Source of the DNA: Galactobacter sp.
GTDB lineage: Bacteria > Actinomycetota > Actinomycetes > Actinomycetales > Micrococcaceae
NCBI RefSeq assembly: GCF_022712295.1
Contig: NZ_JALAGT010000111.1
Coordinates: 1-60,460 of the forward strand
Length of the DNA: 60,460 bases
Direction of reading: 5' to 3'
Below are positions 40,066-50,412 of the stretch, in pieces. The notes below the pieces were generated by a model that saw only the letters and a program-made list of their open reading frames with translations, was not told the DNA's origin and searched no databases. Both the position numbers and the translations under genes were made by a program. How positions within the stretch are numbered: the stretch's first letter is position 1; every line of letters starts with the position of its first letter.

Positions 40066-40130
40066 ACGTATCCTGCTCCTCGACTCTTCAGGGGACGGCC
40101 TCCATCATGCCATCCCGCCGTGGTCCAGGT

Positions 40131-40943
40131 TCACCAAACGAGGTTCCAGGTGCCCAGCGTCACCGAGGTCACGACCGCCAGAACAGCCACGATGACGGAT
40201 CCCAACAGAAGCACCAGGTCGGACGGCCCGGTCACCACCGGCCGCGCCCAGCTGCGAGCCCAGCCCCGCCCGGATCCTGCGAACCCCTTGGCATCCATGG
40301 TGGTGGCCAACCGCGTTCCACGCCGGATGGCCTGGACCAACAGTGCGAAGGCGACGGACACGAACCCGGCACCACTCAGTCCCCTGGCGCGCCGCGCCGA
40401 GGCCAGGATCCGCCATTCCTCGGTGAGTACGCCACCGAGCCGCAGCGCACCGAGGGCACCGAGCACAAAACGCACGGGCAGTCTCAGCCGTACGGCCAAC
40501 CCGTCCGCCAGACGGGTCGCGTCGACACTGCCCAACAGGACCACTGCAGGCACGGCCACGGCCAGGGCACGCAGCCCCACCAACAGACCCAGGTAGAGCG
40601 ACCCAGCGGTCACGGTGTAGGGGCCAAAAGCAAAGAGTTCCGGCCCCGAGTCGGTGGCGATGAGGGCCGTCCCCCAGACGGCCATGAGCCCACCGAGGAC
40701 GAAGGCCAACACGAACAGGGCCAGGCGTTTGGGAGGTACCGAGGAGAACGGCAGCGCGATCACCGCTGCGGCCAACACCACGGCGGCCGTAGCAGGGTCC
40801 AGCGACACCACGATCGGCACGGCGAGCACCAGCGCGCAAGCTGCGATGATCAGCGGATCACGACGGGCCAACCAGGCACCAGGGCGCAGCTGCTGCGCGG
40901 CCTCGGCCGGGAATTCGACGGGGGCAATCACGGTTGCCTTCAT
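40131..40943 (-). CDS. ECF transporter T component (YkoC-like)
   Basis: Multiple TM segments with the ARRARG and MDAKGF motifs. Confidence 0.9.
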   Translation of the reverse strand: MKATVIAPVEFPAEAAQQLRPGAWLARRDPLIIAACALVLAVPIVVSLDPATAAVVLAAAVIALPFSSVPPKRLALFVLAFVLGGLMAVWGTALIATDSGPELFAFGPYTVTAGSLYLGLLVGLRALAVAVPAVVLLGSVDATRLADGLAVRLRLPVRFVLGALGALRLGGVLTEEWRILASARRARGLSGAGFVSVAFALLVQAIRRGTRLATTMDAKGFAGSGRGWARSWARPVVTGPSDLVLLLGSVIVAVLAVVTSVTLGTWNLVW

Positions 40944-42559
40944 GCTGCGCCGACCTCCTCTGCTCGTCCGGCTTCCACGAGGACCCGCCGGGCGCCAAGA
41001 GCCGCAGAGAACTCCTTGTCATGGGTCACGGCGATGATCCCGGTCCCACGGTCCAGTTCCTCCCCCAGCAACCGAACGAGGTCTCCCCAGGTGTTGGCGT
41101 CCTGCCCGAAGGTGGGTTCGTCCAGGACCAGTAGGCGTGGACGCGTAGCCAGTGCCGTACCGACCGAGAGCCGACGCTGCTGGCCACCGGAGAGCTGATA
41201 CGGATTCAGTTCTGCGACGTGTTCCAGGTGCAATCGCCGCAGCAGGGATTCCACACGGGCCTCGATCTCGGCCTGGTCCAGTCCCACGCGTCGCGGTCCG
41301 AACGCGAGTTCGGCGCGCACGTTCCGCGTCAGGAATTGATGCTCGGGGTCCTGGAACACCATGCCGATGCTCTGGACCAGTTCCTTGGGTTTGAGCCGTT
41401 CGGGTTCCCTCGACGTCCCTCCGAGCAACGCCTCGGTTGCGGTGAGGTCACCGGAGCGTTTGCGCTGCAGGCCGGCCAGCGTCAGCGCTAGCGCGGTCTT
41501 CCCCTGGCCGTTGCTGCCCACCAGGCATACCGCCTCACCCGCGCGCACGTCCAGGTCGACATGCTCGACGGCGGCACTCACCTTGGTTCGTTTGCCCGCC
41601 CTGCGGGGCAGAGCAGCGCGGGTCGCGGAGAGGTCGCGTGCACTCAGCAGTACGTCGCCGTCTGGCCTTGACCCGAGTGGCCGAACGGCAGCACCCGGCA
41701 CTCGGCCGGGCACTCTCACACCCGCGCTCACCAGGGTCTCCACGACCTCGGTCCGCCCGAGCAGTTCCGCCGGATTGCCGTCCGCCACCAAGCCGGCCGG
41801 CTCACCCGGTTCCGCCGCAGCCAGTACCATCAAACGGTCCACGTGGCCCAGCCACAAGTCCAAACGGTGCTCCACCACCATCACGGTGGCCCCGAGGTCA
41901 CGCGCGGTCGACACGACGACCCGGCGCAGTTCCTCCGCGCCTTCCGGATCCAGGTTGGCCGTGGGCTCGTCCAGGAGCCACAGTCTGGGCCCCATGGTCA
42001 ACAGCCCGGCGACGGCTAGACGCTGTTTCTGGCCGCCAGAGAGCGCGTTCGTGGAGTGGTTCAGGGGTTGTGTCCCCAGCCCGACGGCGGCGAGCGACGC
42101 CCGCACCCGCGGCCAGATGGCTGCGGGGTCGGTGCCGAGGTTCTCGGCTCCGAAGGCCACGTCGTCGCCCATCCGAGCCATGACCACCTGGGTCTCCGGA
42201 TCCTGTTGGACCAGGCCGGCGCGCCCGGCGCTTGGCTGCTTGCCATCCACCGTGAGGCTGCCTGACATCCGGATTCCGTGGGGAGCCTCAGGATCGACGT
42301 TGTTCCCGTCGGCCTCCTCCGGTTCCAGAACGCCGGCCAGTGCATGCAACAGGGTGGATTTCCCGGCGCCGGAGGGCCCTGTTAGCAGGACGATCCGGCC
42401 AGGCTCCACTCGGAAGTCGAGCCCATCGAGAACCGGAACCTGGGAGCCAGCGGGCGTCAGCCCGAAGTCCTCGGCGACCACGGCGGCACCGGCCGCTGCC
42501 GACCACCGAGTACCGCCGTCGGGCAGAGAATCGCCGCTGGGCATGACGGAAAACGTCAT
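40940..42559 (-). CDS. ECF transporter duplicated ATPase (YkoD-like)
   Basis: GPSGAGKS and GSNGQGKT, two LSGGQ signatures and two DEPT motifs. Confidence 0.92.
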   Translation of the reverse strand: MTFSVMPSGDSLPDGGTRWSAAAGAAVVAEDFGLTPAGSQVPVLDGLDFRVEPGRIVLLTGPSGAGKSTLLHALAGVLEPEEADGNNVDPEAPHGIRMSGSLTVDGKQPSAGRAGLVQQDPETQVVMARMGDDVAFGAENLGTDPAAIWPRVRASLAAVGLGTQPLNHSTNALSGGQKQRLAVAGLLTMGPRLWLLDEPTANLDPEGAEELRRVVVSTARDLGATVMVVEHRLDLWLGHVDRLMVLAAAEPGEPAGLVADGNPAELLGRTEVVETLVSAGVRVPGRVPGAAVRPLGSRPDGDVLLSARDLSATRAALPRRAGKRTKVSAAVEHVDLDVRAGEAVCLVGSNGQGKTALALTLAGLQRKRSGDLTATEALLGGTSREPERLKPKELVQSIGMVFQDPEHQFLTRNVRAELAFGPRRVGLDQAEIEARVESLLRRLHLEHVAELNPYQLSGGQQRRLSVGTALATRPRLLVLDEPTFGQDANTWGDLVRLLGEELDRGTGIIAVTHDKEFSAALGARRVLVEAGRAEEVGAA

Positions 42560-43179
42560 CAGCCCAGCAAGGGCTCACGGTTGGCGCTGCGGGAGCGCAG
42601 CGCGGAGAGCGCTCCGGTGGCCGCGAGGCCCCGCGTGGCGAACCACATCAGCAGCCCGATCACCAGGCCGGACAGGGTCACGGACCCCACATACGCCCAC
42701 TTCCAGACGGTGGAATACTCCGGGTACCAGTTGGCGATAAAGGCGTCGTTGATACCGCAGGCGAAACCGGTCAAAGCGCCGGCCAGAAGGCCCACCTGGA
42801 TCCCGAAGCGCTTGTATCCGCCCGCGAGCGCGACACCCAGTTCGGCACCGGCACCCTGGATCAGGCCGGAGAGCAGCACCGTGGCTCCCCACGACGAACC
42901 GAAGACCGCGGAAATCACCGCAGCGACGATCTCGACGAACAGGCCGGCGCCCGGGCGACGCACCACCAAACCGGCCAGGACGCCGGGGAAGAGCCACAGG
43001 CCGCCCTTGAGACCGGACAGCGGGGGGAAGCCCACGAACACCGGGTCCCAGAGGTGATCGGCCCAGTTGACGACCGCGAAGATGACGCCGCCTGCCACCG
43101 CGAGCACGGCGGCGACCACGATGTCCACGGTTCGCCACCGAGCCACCTTGATGGGGGCAGACGTTGAAGTATCGGTCAT
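42559..43179 (-). CDS. ECF S component for thiamine/HMP (YkoE-like)
   Basis: WRTVDIVVAAVL, VRRPGAG and QGAGAEL; lies downstream of a TPP riboswitch. Confidence 0.9.
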   Translation of the reverse strand: MTDTSTSAPIKVARWRTVDIVVAAVLAVAGGVIFAVVNWADHLWDPVFVGFPPLSGLKGGLWLFPGVLAGLVVRRPGAGLFVEIVAAVISAVFGSSWGATVLLSGLIQGAGAELGVALAGGYKRFGIQVGLLAGALTGFACGINDAFIANWYPEYSTVWKWAYVGSVTLSGLVIGLLMWFATRGLAATGALSALRSRSANREPLLG

Positions 43180-43250
43180 GATGTCCTCCTTGAGTCCCCT
43201 GGTAAGGGGTGTTCAGGAGGGGAGGCGAGCGCGAGCCCACCCGAGATCTC

Positions 43251-43343
43251 GACTCCCTATCGCCGGTATGACCCGGATCAGGTTCGAGGGTCTGCGGACC
43301 GTATCCGCACTCTCAGCGCCTGTTCATGGGGCGCTCCCCTGTC
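43251..43343 (-). ncRNA. TPP riboswitch
   Basis: GACAGGGGAGCGCC...GGCGCTGAGAG...AGACCCTCGAACCTGATCCGGGTCATACCGGCGATAGGGAGTC contains the conserved CTGAGA and ACCTGAT cores. Confidence 0.95.
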
Positions 43344-43455
43344 GTATGTAGCAGCACCCATGATAGTCCACTTGGCGTTCGGGGTCTGAGCCCGATGCGT
43401 CATGAGCGGATAGGCTGGGGACCAGTTCAATGCACACCTCGTGAGGAGTCCCCAA

Positions 43456-43725
43456 GTGAAGCCCCTGATCAAGATTCTCTCGTCCGTGGCCGCCATCGTG
43501 GGCGGCATCGTGGGCGGCAAGATGCTCACCAAGACGTGGACGCAGGTCACCGGGGAAGACGCCCCAACCAAGAAGAACAAGGAAGCGCAGGCCGAACAGT
43601 CCGTCACCCGCGTGGCCGTCTTCACCGCCGCGTCAGCTGCCCTTGCCGTGGTCATCAAGCTCGGGACCCAGCGTGCGGGAGAACGGATCATCGCCCGGGG
43701 GAAGCAGAACCCGGAAGAGGTCTGA
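43456..43725 (+). CDS. DUF4235 family small membrane protein
   Basis: W..VTGEDAP motif between two hydrophobic helices; SD GAGGAG. Confidence 0.8.
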   Translation: MKPLIKILSSVAAIVGGIVGGKMLTKTWTQVTGEDAPTKKNKEAQAEQSVTRVAVFTAASAALAVVIKLGTQRAGERIIARGKQNPEEV

Positions 43726-43741
43726 GAAGCATCGCTGGAAG

Positions 43742-43773
43742 AATGCCCGCCCGGTCATGACCGGGCGGGCATT
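43742..43773. terminator. Perfect 32-bp palindrome between convergent genes
   Basis: AATGCCCGCCCGGTCA-TGACCGGGCGGGCATT. Confidence 0.8.
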
Positions 43774-43775
43774 AC

Positions 43776-44159
43776 TCATTTCTTGGGTGCTTCGCTCTTG
43801 CCGGCGGCCTCTTCCGCGTATTGGACCACCTCGGCCAGATCATCAGAGACCAAGGTCCCGGAGTCCAAGTGCTTGGAACGGTAGGCGGCACGTCCCACCA
43901 TGTGAGCGCTCACGGGAGCCGTCAGCGCCTGCAGCACGAAGATCAGCACAAGAATGGGCAGCCAGGACCACATGGACTGGTGCACGGCCACGGCCGCCAG
44001 CAGACAGGCCAGGCCGAGCACCTGCGGCTTCGTGGCCGCGTGCATGCGGGAGAGGATGTCGCCGAAGCGTAAGAGGCCGATGGCCGCGCCGAGGGACATG
44101 AGGCAGCCCACGATCATCAGCACGGACACGATGACGTCCCTGACCAGGATCCAGTCCAT
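43776..44159 (-). CDS. mrpG: Mrp antiporter subunit G
   Basis: SRMHAATKPQVLG and TAPVSAHMVGRAAY. Confidence 0.93.
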   Translation of the reverse strand: MDWILVRDVIVSVLMIVGCLMSLGAAIGLLRFGDILSRMHAATKPQVLGLACLLAAVAVHQSMWSWLPILVLIFVLQALTAPVSAHMVGRAAYRSKHLDSGTLVSDDLAEVVQYAEEAAGKSEAPKK

Positions 44160-44162
44160 GAC

Positions 44163-44429
44163 TCAACCCTCCTCTCGTGCGGCCACGGTGCGGGCCACGG
44201 TCACGGAACCGAGGAAGCCCACGGCAGCCACCAGCAGGACGAAGACCAAGTTGATCAGGTCGCCGGTCACGGCGGCACGAAGCAGCAGTGCGGACGCGAT
44301 CACCACCAACAACACATCCGATGCCAGCATGCGGTCCAACAGACTGGGGCCGCGCACGATCCTGATGATGGCTGCTGCAGCGCCCGCTGCCAGCATGGCC
44401 GAGCAGACCCACACGATCACGGTGATCAT
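44163..44429 (-). CDS. mrpF: Mrp antiporter subunit F
   Basis: RGPSLLDRMLASD; three TM segments. Confidence 0.93.
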   Translation of the reverse strand: MITVIVWVCSAMLAAGAAAAIIRIVRGPSLLDRMLASDVLLVVIASALLLRAAVTGDLINLVFVLLVAAVGFLGSVTVARTVAAREEG

Positions 44430-45118
44430 CGGTGTCCCCCTTCCTTGGTTCCTGCATTGGTTCCTGCCGGTGCTTTCCGTGAACGCGTGAACGCCGCGTA
44501 GGCGTCCGCCACGGACTGTGAGGAGTCATCCGCGTCCCCAGCAGCGACGCGCTCCTGGTCTGCGGCAGAGCCCATGATCTTCACCAACCGTGCCTCGGTC
44601 CGCAGCACGGAGGCACGGAACCCTTCTGCCTGCTCCGGGGTCTTCACGTTGAGCACGTGCAAGAAGAGCACCGAGTTGCGTCGGTCCACCTCCACCACCA
44701 GCGAACCAGGAATCAGGGAGGTCACGTGCCCCACAGCCGTCAGCAGCAGGTCGTCACGACTGCGCAGCGGGACTCGGACCACCGCGTTGTGGACCTTGCG
44801 TCCCTGCGAGATCGCAACCCACAGCACCTGGAAGGAACCGAGCACCACCTGCCAGGCGAACCAGAGCAGGAAGAGCAGTCCCCAGCCCAGGTGGAAGCGA
44901 CCGGAGAGTCGCACGGGTGGAAGCCGGAAGCTCCTCACCACGATCACGGACACGATCAGTCCGAAGATCAGATTGGCCGGGGACCAGTCCTGCCAGATGG
45001 CGCCCCAGACCAGGAGCAACCAGACCAGCAGTGGGAGTTCCACCAGCAGGCGGTGGGCCTCGGCGCGCCAATAGCCGCGCAACGCGCGGCGGTACCCGCG
45101 CCCTCGTGCAGATCTCAT
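44426..45118 (-). CDS. mrpE: Mrp antiporter subunit E
   Basis: TSLIPGSLVVEVD...LFLHVL. Confidence 0.92.
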   Translation of the reverse strand: MRSARGRGYRRALRGYWRAEAHRLLVELPLLVWLLLVWGAIWQDWSPANLIFGLIVSVIVVRSFRLPPVRLSGRFHLGWGLLFLLWFAWQVVLGSFQVLWVAISQGRKVHNAVVRVPLRSRDDLLLTAVGHVTSLIPGSLVVEVDRRNSVLFLHVLNVKTPEQAEGFRASVLRTEARLVKIMGSAADQERVAAGDADDSSQSVADAYAAFTRSRKAPAGTNAGTKEGGHR

Positions 45119-46791
45119 CAGTGCCCTCCCTCGTCACCGTCGTGAGCATCGGGGACGTTGCCGCCATGGTGTTCCGGGATCTCGTCGTCGGAATCCATGA
45201 CGGTTTCGACGTAGTCGCTCGGATTCATGAGGCTGTGGGCGCTGCGTTCGGCGAAGTCGAACAGTGGACCGGCGAACACGGTCAGCGCGATACCCACCGC
45301 CACGAGCGCGCCCGTGGTCCAGACCATCACGGCAGGAAGCACCTTGGTGTCGCCGCGATGGGAATACTTGGACTCCGGCGTGTCAGCGACGACCTCGTAG
45401 GTGCGCACGCGAGCCCCGGACTCTGCGGTGGCCAGCAGCAGCGGATCCGGGCGTTCGGCCTGGGAGGCTGGCCGCCAGAAACCACGGTTGAACACACGGG
45501 CCACGGCCAGCAGCGTCAACAGCGAGGTGATCATCGAGGCGGCCACCAGCGTCCAGGACAACGGCGTGTCCAGTTGAACGCCGGCCTGCACCAGGCCCAA
45601 CTTGCCCAGGAAGCCGGAGAACGGAGGGATACCGGCAAGGTTCATGGCCGGGATGAAGTAGAGCACCGCCAAGACCGGAGCCACCTTGAGCAACGAGCCA
45701 AGGCGGTCGAGGTTCGAGGTGGCCGCCCGACGTTCGATGAGGCCGACCACCAGGAAGAGCGACGTCTGCACCACGATGTGGTGTGCCACGTAGTAGATGG
45801 CAGCGGTGAGCCCGACCTCCGTTCCGGTGGCCAGGCCGAAGACCATGAAGCCGATGTGGCTGGTCAGGGTGAAGGAGAGCATTCGTTTGATGTCCGTCTG
45901 TGCCACGGCACCGAGGATCCCGACCACCATGGTGGCCGCCGCGACCCACATCAGCAGTATTGAGACATCATCGTCCGGGAAGAGCAGCGTCTCCGTACGG
46001 ATCATCGCGTAGACGCCCACCTTGGTCAGCAGGCCAGCGAACACCGCCGTGACGGGCGCCGGAGCCGTTGGATAGGAGTCCGGCAACCAGAAGGACAGCG
46101 GGAAGACCGCGGCCTTGATCCCGAAGGCCGTCAGCAGCATCAGGTGCAGCACGGTCTGCGTGCCCAGGTCCAGATCCGCCAGCTTCCCCGACAGATCGGC
46201 CATGTTCACGGTTCCGGTTGCACCGTAGATCATGGCGATCGAGGTCAGGAACAACAGCGAGGAGATGATGGAGACCACCACGTAGGTGGTTCCGGCGCGG
46301 ACCCGCTCCCGGGAACCGCCCAGGGTCAGCAGCACGTAGGAGGAGGTCAGAAGGATCTCGAAGCCCACGTAGAGGTTGAACAGGTCCCCGGCCAGGAAGG
46401 CGTTGGACACGCCCGCGATCAGGATCATGAAGGCAGGGAAGAAGACTGACACGGGTCCGTCCTCGTCGCCGTCGGCGGAGCCCTGAGCGGTCGCGTAGAC
46501 CAACACGGCCAGGGACACCACGGAGGAGACCACCAGCATCAGCGCGCTGAACTCGTCCACCACCATGGTGATGCCGAAGGGCGGCGCCCAGCCGCCGAGG
46601 AATACGGCGGAGGCTCCGTGGACCCATGCCCACGCAAGCATCAGGGACTCGAGCACCAACACCGCCGACAGGGTGGAGATGGACACGATGCGCTGGGCGA
46701 TCGCGTGCTTACGCAACACGAACGTCACGGCTGCAGCGAAGAGCGGAAGCAGGACCGCCAGCGGCGCCAGGAACGTCAGGTCGAGATTCAT
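45118..46791 (-). CDS. mrpD: Mrp antiporter subunit D
   Basis: GDLFNLYVGFE, WLPDSYP and LLTKVGVY. ATGA overlap with mrpC. Confidence 0.95.
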   Translation of the reverse strand: MNLDLTFLAPLAVLLPLFAAAVTFVLRKHAIAQRIVSISTLSAVLVLESLMLAWAWVHGASAVFLGGWAPPFGITMVVDEFSALMLVVSSVVSLAVLVYATAQGSADGDEDGPVSVFFPAFMILIAGVSNAFLAGDLFNLYVGFEILLTSSYVLLTLGGSRERVRAGTTYVVVSIISSLLFLTSIAMIYGATGTVNMADLSGKLADLDLGTQTVLHLMLLTAFGIKAAVFPLSFWLPDSYPTAPAPVTAVFAGLLTKVGVYAMIRTETLLFPDDDVSILLMWVAAATMVVGILGAVAQTDIKRMLSFTLTSHIGFMVFGLATGTEVGLTAAIYYVAHHIVVQTSLFLVVGLIERRAATSNLDRLGSLLKVAPVLAVLYFIPAMNLAGIPPFSGFLGKLGLVQAGVQLDTPLSWTLVAASMITSLLTLLAVARVFNRGFWRPASQAERPDPLLLATAESGARVRTYEVVADTPESKYSHRGDTKVLPAVMVWTTGALVAVGIALTVFAGPLFDFAERSAHSLMNPSDYVETVMDSDDEIPEHHGGNVPDAHDGDEGGH

Positions 46792-47174
46792 TCCGCACCG
46801 CCTTCCTCGTCGCGGCGAAGATTGAGTCGAACGCGCACGTCCTCGGGGTCCACCTGGACCTCGTCCCGGCGGGACAGCCACCAGGAGCGGTAGATCAGGC
46901 CGAGCATGAACGCCGTCATGGCGAACGTGATCACGATGGAGGTCAGGATCAGGGCCTGCGGAAGCGGATCAGAATAATCCTCAGCGGCGGCGGACTCGTC
47001 ATAGATCGGTGCCAGCCCCGGGACCCCTCCCGTGGCCAGGATCAGCAGGTTCACGCCGTTGCCCAGCAGGATGATCCCCAACAGCACGCGCGTCAGGGAG
47101 CGTTCGGTGATGAGGTAGATCCCGGCTGCGACGAGCACGCCCATGATGACCAGCAGGGTCACGTTGACGGTCAT
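46788..47174 (-). CDS. mrpC: Mrp antiporter subunit C
   Basis: DPLPQALILTSIVI. Confidence 0.95.
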   Translation of the reverse strand: MTVNVTLLVIMGVLVAAGIYLITERSLTRVLLGIILLGNGVNLLILATGGVPGLAPIYDESAAAEDYSDPLPQALILTSIVITFAMTAFMLGLIYRSWWLSRRDEVQVDPEDVRVRLNLRRDEEGGAE

Positions 47175-50100
47175 TTCCCCTCCTCCCCTGAACGTGTGGT
47201 GGTGGCTGTGCCCGACGGCGGTGTCGGCGCCGTGGGGGGTTCGTCCGGCCCCGCGGGGGCCGGTTTCGCAGCCGACTTCGCGGCGACGACCGGCACCGCT
47301 CCGGTGGCGGGCGCGATGTCCGCGACCACGACGTCGCGCCGGTGGTCGATCTCCGCGCCCAAGGAGGTCAGGACGTCAAGCACCAGCCCGAGCACCACCA
47401 GGTACACGCCGATGTCGAAGGCCGTTCCTGTGACGAAGGTGTGCCACCCGAAGAACCAGAAATCGACGTGGGCCGATTGGAAGACGTGGCCGCCGAAGAA
47501 GACCGGGGCGACCACCGTCAGCGCCGCGATCCCGAGGCCGGTGCCCATCAGGGTACCCGGACCGATCCGGATGGCTTCGAAGAGCTCCACGCGGCCGCCG
47601 GCCAGGTAGCGCAGGGCCAGTGCGAGGCCGGCCACGAGGCCGCCGGAGAATCCGCCGCCCGGAGTGTTGTGTCCCGTCAGCAGCAGGTACACGGAGACCA
47701 ACATCAGGGTGTGGAACATCAGCCTGGTGATGACCTCCACGATGATGGAGCGGCGCTCCGGGGCCAGCGTCTTACCGGCCACGAGCCAGTTGTTGCGCGG
47801 TTCGTCCTCCGCCACGGAGGCGAAAACCTTCGCGATGCGGTGACGAGTTCCCCGATTCAGGCTGCGGTCCACGCTGCCCACCGGGATGTCCCGGCGCCCC
47901 GGGACCCGGTCGCCACGCCCGGTCACGAAGATCAATGAGGCCACACCGGTGGCCGCTGCTGCAAGCACCGTGATCTCGCCGAAGGTGTCCCAACCACGCA
48001 GATCCACGAGGGTCACGTTGATGATGTTCTTGCCGTGGCCGCCCAGGTAGGCCAGATCCGGCATGGACAACGAGATGGGGTCGGCGGTGCGGGCGCTCAT
48101 GGCGACGGCTGCGACCGCCACGACCACCAGGGCGAACCCGATGGAGATGATGGCCCGGATCAACCGGTTTCCGCGTTTGACCTGCTTCCGGCTGCCCGGT
48201 TCCCGTTTGCCGTCCATACGAGAGGGCAGAACACGCAAGGCAAGCACGATGGCGATGAGGGAGGCCGTCTCCACCAGCAACTGCGTCACGGCCAGGTCCG
48301 GGGCACCCTGGAAGGCGAAGATGGCAGCCATGCCGTATCCGGTCACGGACACCATGAGCACGGCCATGAAGCGCTTGTTGGCGCGCAGGGCTCCGACGGC
48401 CCCTGCGATCATGCACGCGCCGATGAAGACCTGGACCAGGCTGTCCGCCCAGACGATCTGGTCGCCGCTGGGCCAGGAGATGTCCAGCACCACTCCCGCG
48501 GCCAGCGGGGCCACCATGGCCACCGCCACGATCACCAGAACGTAGTAGCTCAACTGGCCGCGCTGCACGGTACCCGTGACCCAGGAAGCCACCCGGTCCG
48601 TGCCCGCAAGACAGGCCTGGTAAGCCCGGTCCGCGGCAAGCGGGAACTCGACCTTGGCCTGCGCCTTCTCGATGGGCTTCCTCGCGACGAAGAGGAGTAT
48701 TCCGAGGACGATGACGATGGCACTCAGCCCGAGTGCAGGGGTGAAGCCGTGCCACAGTGCCAGATGCTCCACGTGTGCCTCATGACCGGGTGTTGCAAGC
48801 GACTCCGCATAGTGCTCGAGTGCGGGCGCCATCAGCCCGGGGACCAGTCCAAGGGCCACCGAGCACGCGGTGAGCAGCAGAACCGGCGCCGCCATCCAGA
48901 AGGGCGTGGCATGGCTCGGCGTGGCCGCGACCCCTGGTTTGGTCGCGAACGCGCCCCAGACGAAGCGTGCGGAATAGGCAAAGGTCAGGACCGATCCGAG
49001 CACCACGACCACCACCAGGCCGGCCGCGCCGGCGGAACTGAAGCCGGCGTCGTCGGGCAGTTCGAGCAGGGCGCCAAGCACGGATTCCTTGGCGACGAAG
49101 CCGAGCAGCGGCGGGAAACCCGCCATGGAGGCCGCCGAGAGGCAGGCTGCCCCGAAGAGCCACGGGTTGGAACGCCACAGACCGGAGAGACCGCGCAGGT
49201 CACGCGTTCCGGTCCCGTGATCGATGGCGCCCACGATCAGGAAGAGCGCCGACTTGAACAGCGCGTGCCCCACCACGAGCGCCAGCCCGGCCAGGGCCGC
49301 GGCGGGCGTGCCGAAGCCCACCACCAGCACCATCAGGCCCAGCTGGGAGACCGTGCCGTAGGCGAGGACCAGTTTGATGTCGTGCTGGCGCAGCGCCCGC
49401 CAGCCGCCCACCAGCAAGGTGGCCAGACCGAGCGTGATGACGATGGCCTGCCATGCCGTCTCACCGGCGTAGCCGGGTGCCAGGCGCGCCACCAGGTACA
49501 CGCCCGCCTTCACCATCGCCGCAGCGTGAAGATAAGCGGAGACCGGGGTCGGTGCCGCCATGGCCCCGGGGAGCCAGAAGTGCAATGGAACGAGTGCCGA
49601 CTTCGAGACGGCGCCGGCCAGGACCAGGACCAGCGAGGTGGAGACGAGTGCGGAACCGCTCAGCTCGGGGGCGGCCGCGACGATGTCCGTGAAATGCGTG
49701 CTCCCCGTGGCCACCGAGAGGCCGATCAGGCCCACCAGGAGGGCCAGGCCGCCCGCCGTGGTCACGATCAGCGCCTGCAGCGCAGAGAACCGGGCCTTGG
49801 CGTCTGCTCTGGTGAAGCCGATCAACAGGTAGGACAGGATGGTGGTGAATTCCCAGAAGACGAACATCACGATGACGTCCTCCGCCAGCACCAGGCCGAA
49901 CATCGCTCCGGTGAAGGCGGTCAGGGAACCCGCGAATCCGGGGAGGCCGTCCTCATCCCCGTTGAAGTACTTTGCGCAATAGGCCAGCACCAGGGCCCCC
50001 ACCCCGAGCACCAACAATGCAAGAACCGCGGACAACGCGTCCATGCGGAAATCGATCCCCACCCCCAACTGAGGAATCCAGTCGAACTCGAACGAGGGTG

Positions 50101-50287
50101 GGGCGTGCCCTCCCTGGTTCGCTGCCAACGGGTCCGCCTTGAGCACCTGCGGCAATCGGGTGGCCACCCACACCGCACCGCCGGCGGGGAAGAGTGCCAG
50201 CACCAAGAACGCCTTGGGCCCCATCCGGTTGACGAGCGGAGGCGCGATCAACCCCGCTAGTAGCAACATGATGAGGATCTCCGGCAC
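47171..50287 (-). CDS. mrpA: Mrp antiporter subunit A with fused B domain (group 2 mrp)
   Basis: FWEFT, HFWLPGAMAAPTPVSAYLHAAAMVKAG, DLRGWDTFGE and GHNTPGGGF. Confidence 0.95.
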   Translation of the reverse strand: MPEILIMLLLAGLIAPPLVNRMGPKAFLVLALFPAGGAVWVATRLPQVLKADPLAANQGGHAPPSFEFDWIPQLGVGIDFRMDALSAVLALLVLGVGALVLAYCAKYFNGDEDGLPGFAGSLTAFTGAMFGLVLAEDVIVMFVFWEFTTILSYLLIGFTRADAKARFSALQALIVTTAGGLALLVGLIGLSVATGSTHFTDIVAAAPELSGSALVSTSLVLVLAGAVSKSALVPLHFWLPGAMAAPTPVSAYLHAAAMVKAGVYLVARLAPGYAGETAWQAIVITLGLATLLVGGWRALRQHDIKLVLAYGTVSQLGLMVLVVGFGTPAAALAGLALVVGHALFKSALFLIVGAIDHGTGTRDLRGLSGLWRSNPWLFGAACLSAASMAGFPPLLGFVAKESVLGALLELPDDAGFSSAGAAGLVVVVVLGSVLTFAYSARFVWGAFATKPGVAATPSHATPFWMAAPVLLLTACSVALGLVPGLMAPALEHYAESLATPGHEAHVEHLALWHGFTPALGLSAIVIVLGILLFVARKPIEKAQAKVEFPLAADRAYQACLAGTDRVASWVTGTVQRGQLSYYVLVIVAVAMVAPLAAGVVLDISWPSGDQIVWADSLVQVFIGACMIAGAVGALRANKRFMAVLMVSVTGYGMAAIFAFQGAPDLAVTQLLVETASLIAIVLALRVLPSRMDGKREPGSRKQVKRGNRLIRAIISIGFALVVVAVAAVAMSARTADPISLSMPDLAYLGGHGKNIINVTLVDLRGWDTFGEITVLAAAATGVASLIFVTGRGDRVPGRRDIPVGSVDRSLNRGTRHRIAKVFASVAEDEPRNNWLVAGKTLAPERRSIIVEVITRLMFHTLMLVSVYLLLTGHNTPGGGFSGGLVAGLALALRYLAGGRVELFEAIRIGPGTLMGTGLGIAALTVVAPVFFGGHVFQSAHVDFWFFGWHTFVTGTAFDIGVYLVVLGLVLDVLTSLGAEIDHRRDVVVADIAPATGAVPVVAAKSAAKPAPAGPDEPPTAPTPPSGTATTTRSGEEGK

Positions 50288-50412
50288 GGTGCACACGCTC
50301 CTGTTCGTCGGGGAAAACCACCCGGCGGACGCCCGAGCTGCACAGACGGGCCAGAAAAAGACCACACGAGTGGGTAGTCCATTCTACATGGAAGACAATA
50401 TCGTTTGATGAC

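Noticed and set aside
48035..50260. 741-aa ORF antisense to mrpA, and similar long ORFs at 10001-11893, 1744-3423, 14998-16575, 39546-41198 and 54803-56461
   Set aside because: Stop-poor alternative frames expected at this GC content; each overlaps genes with clear family motifs.
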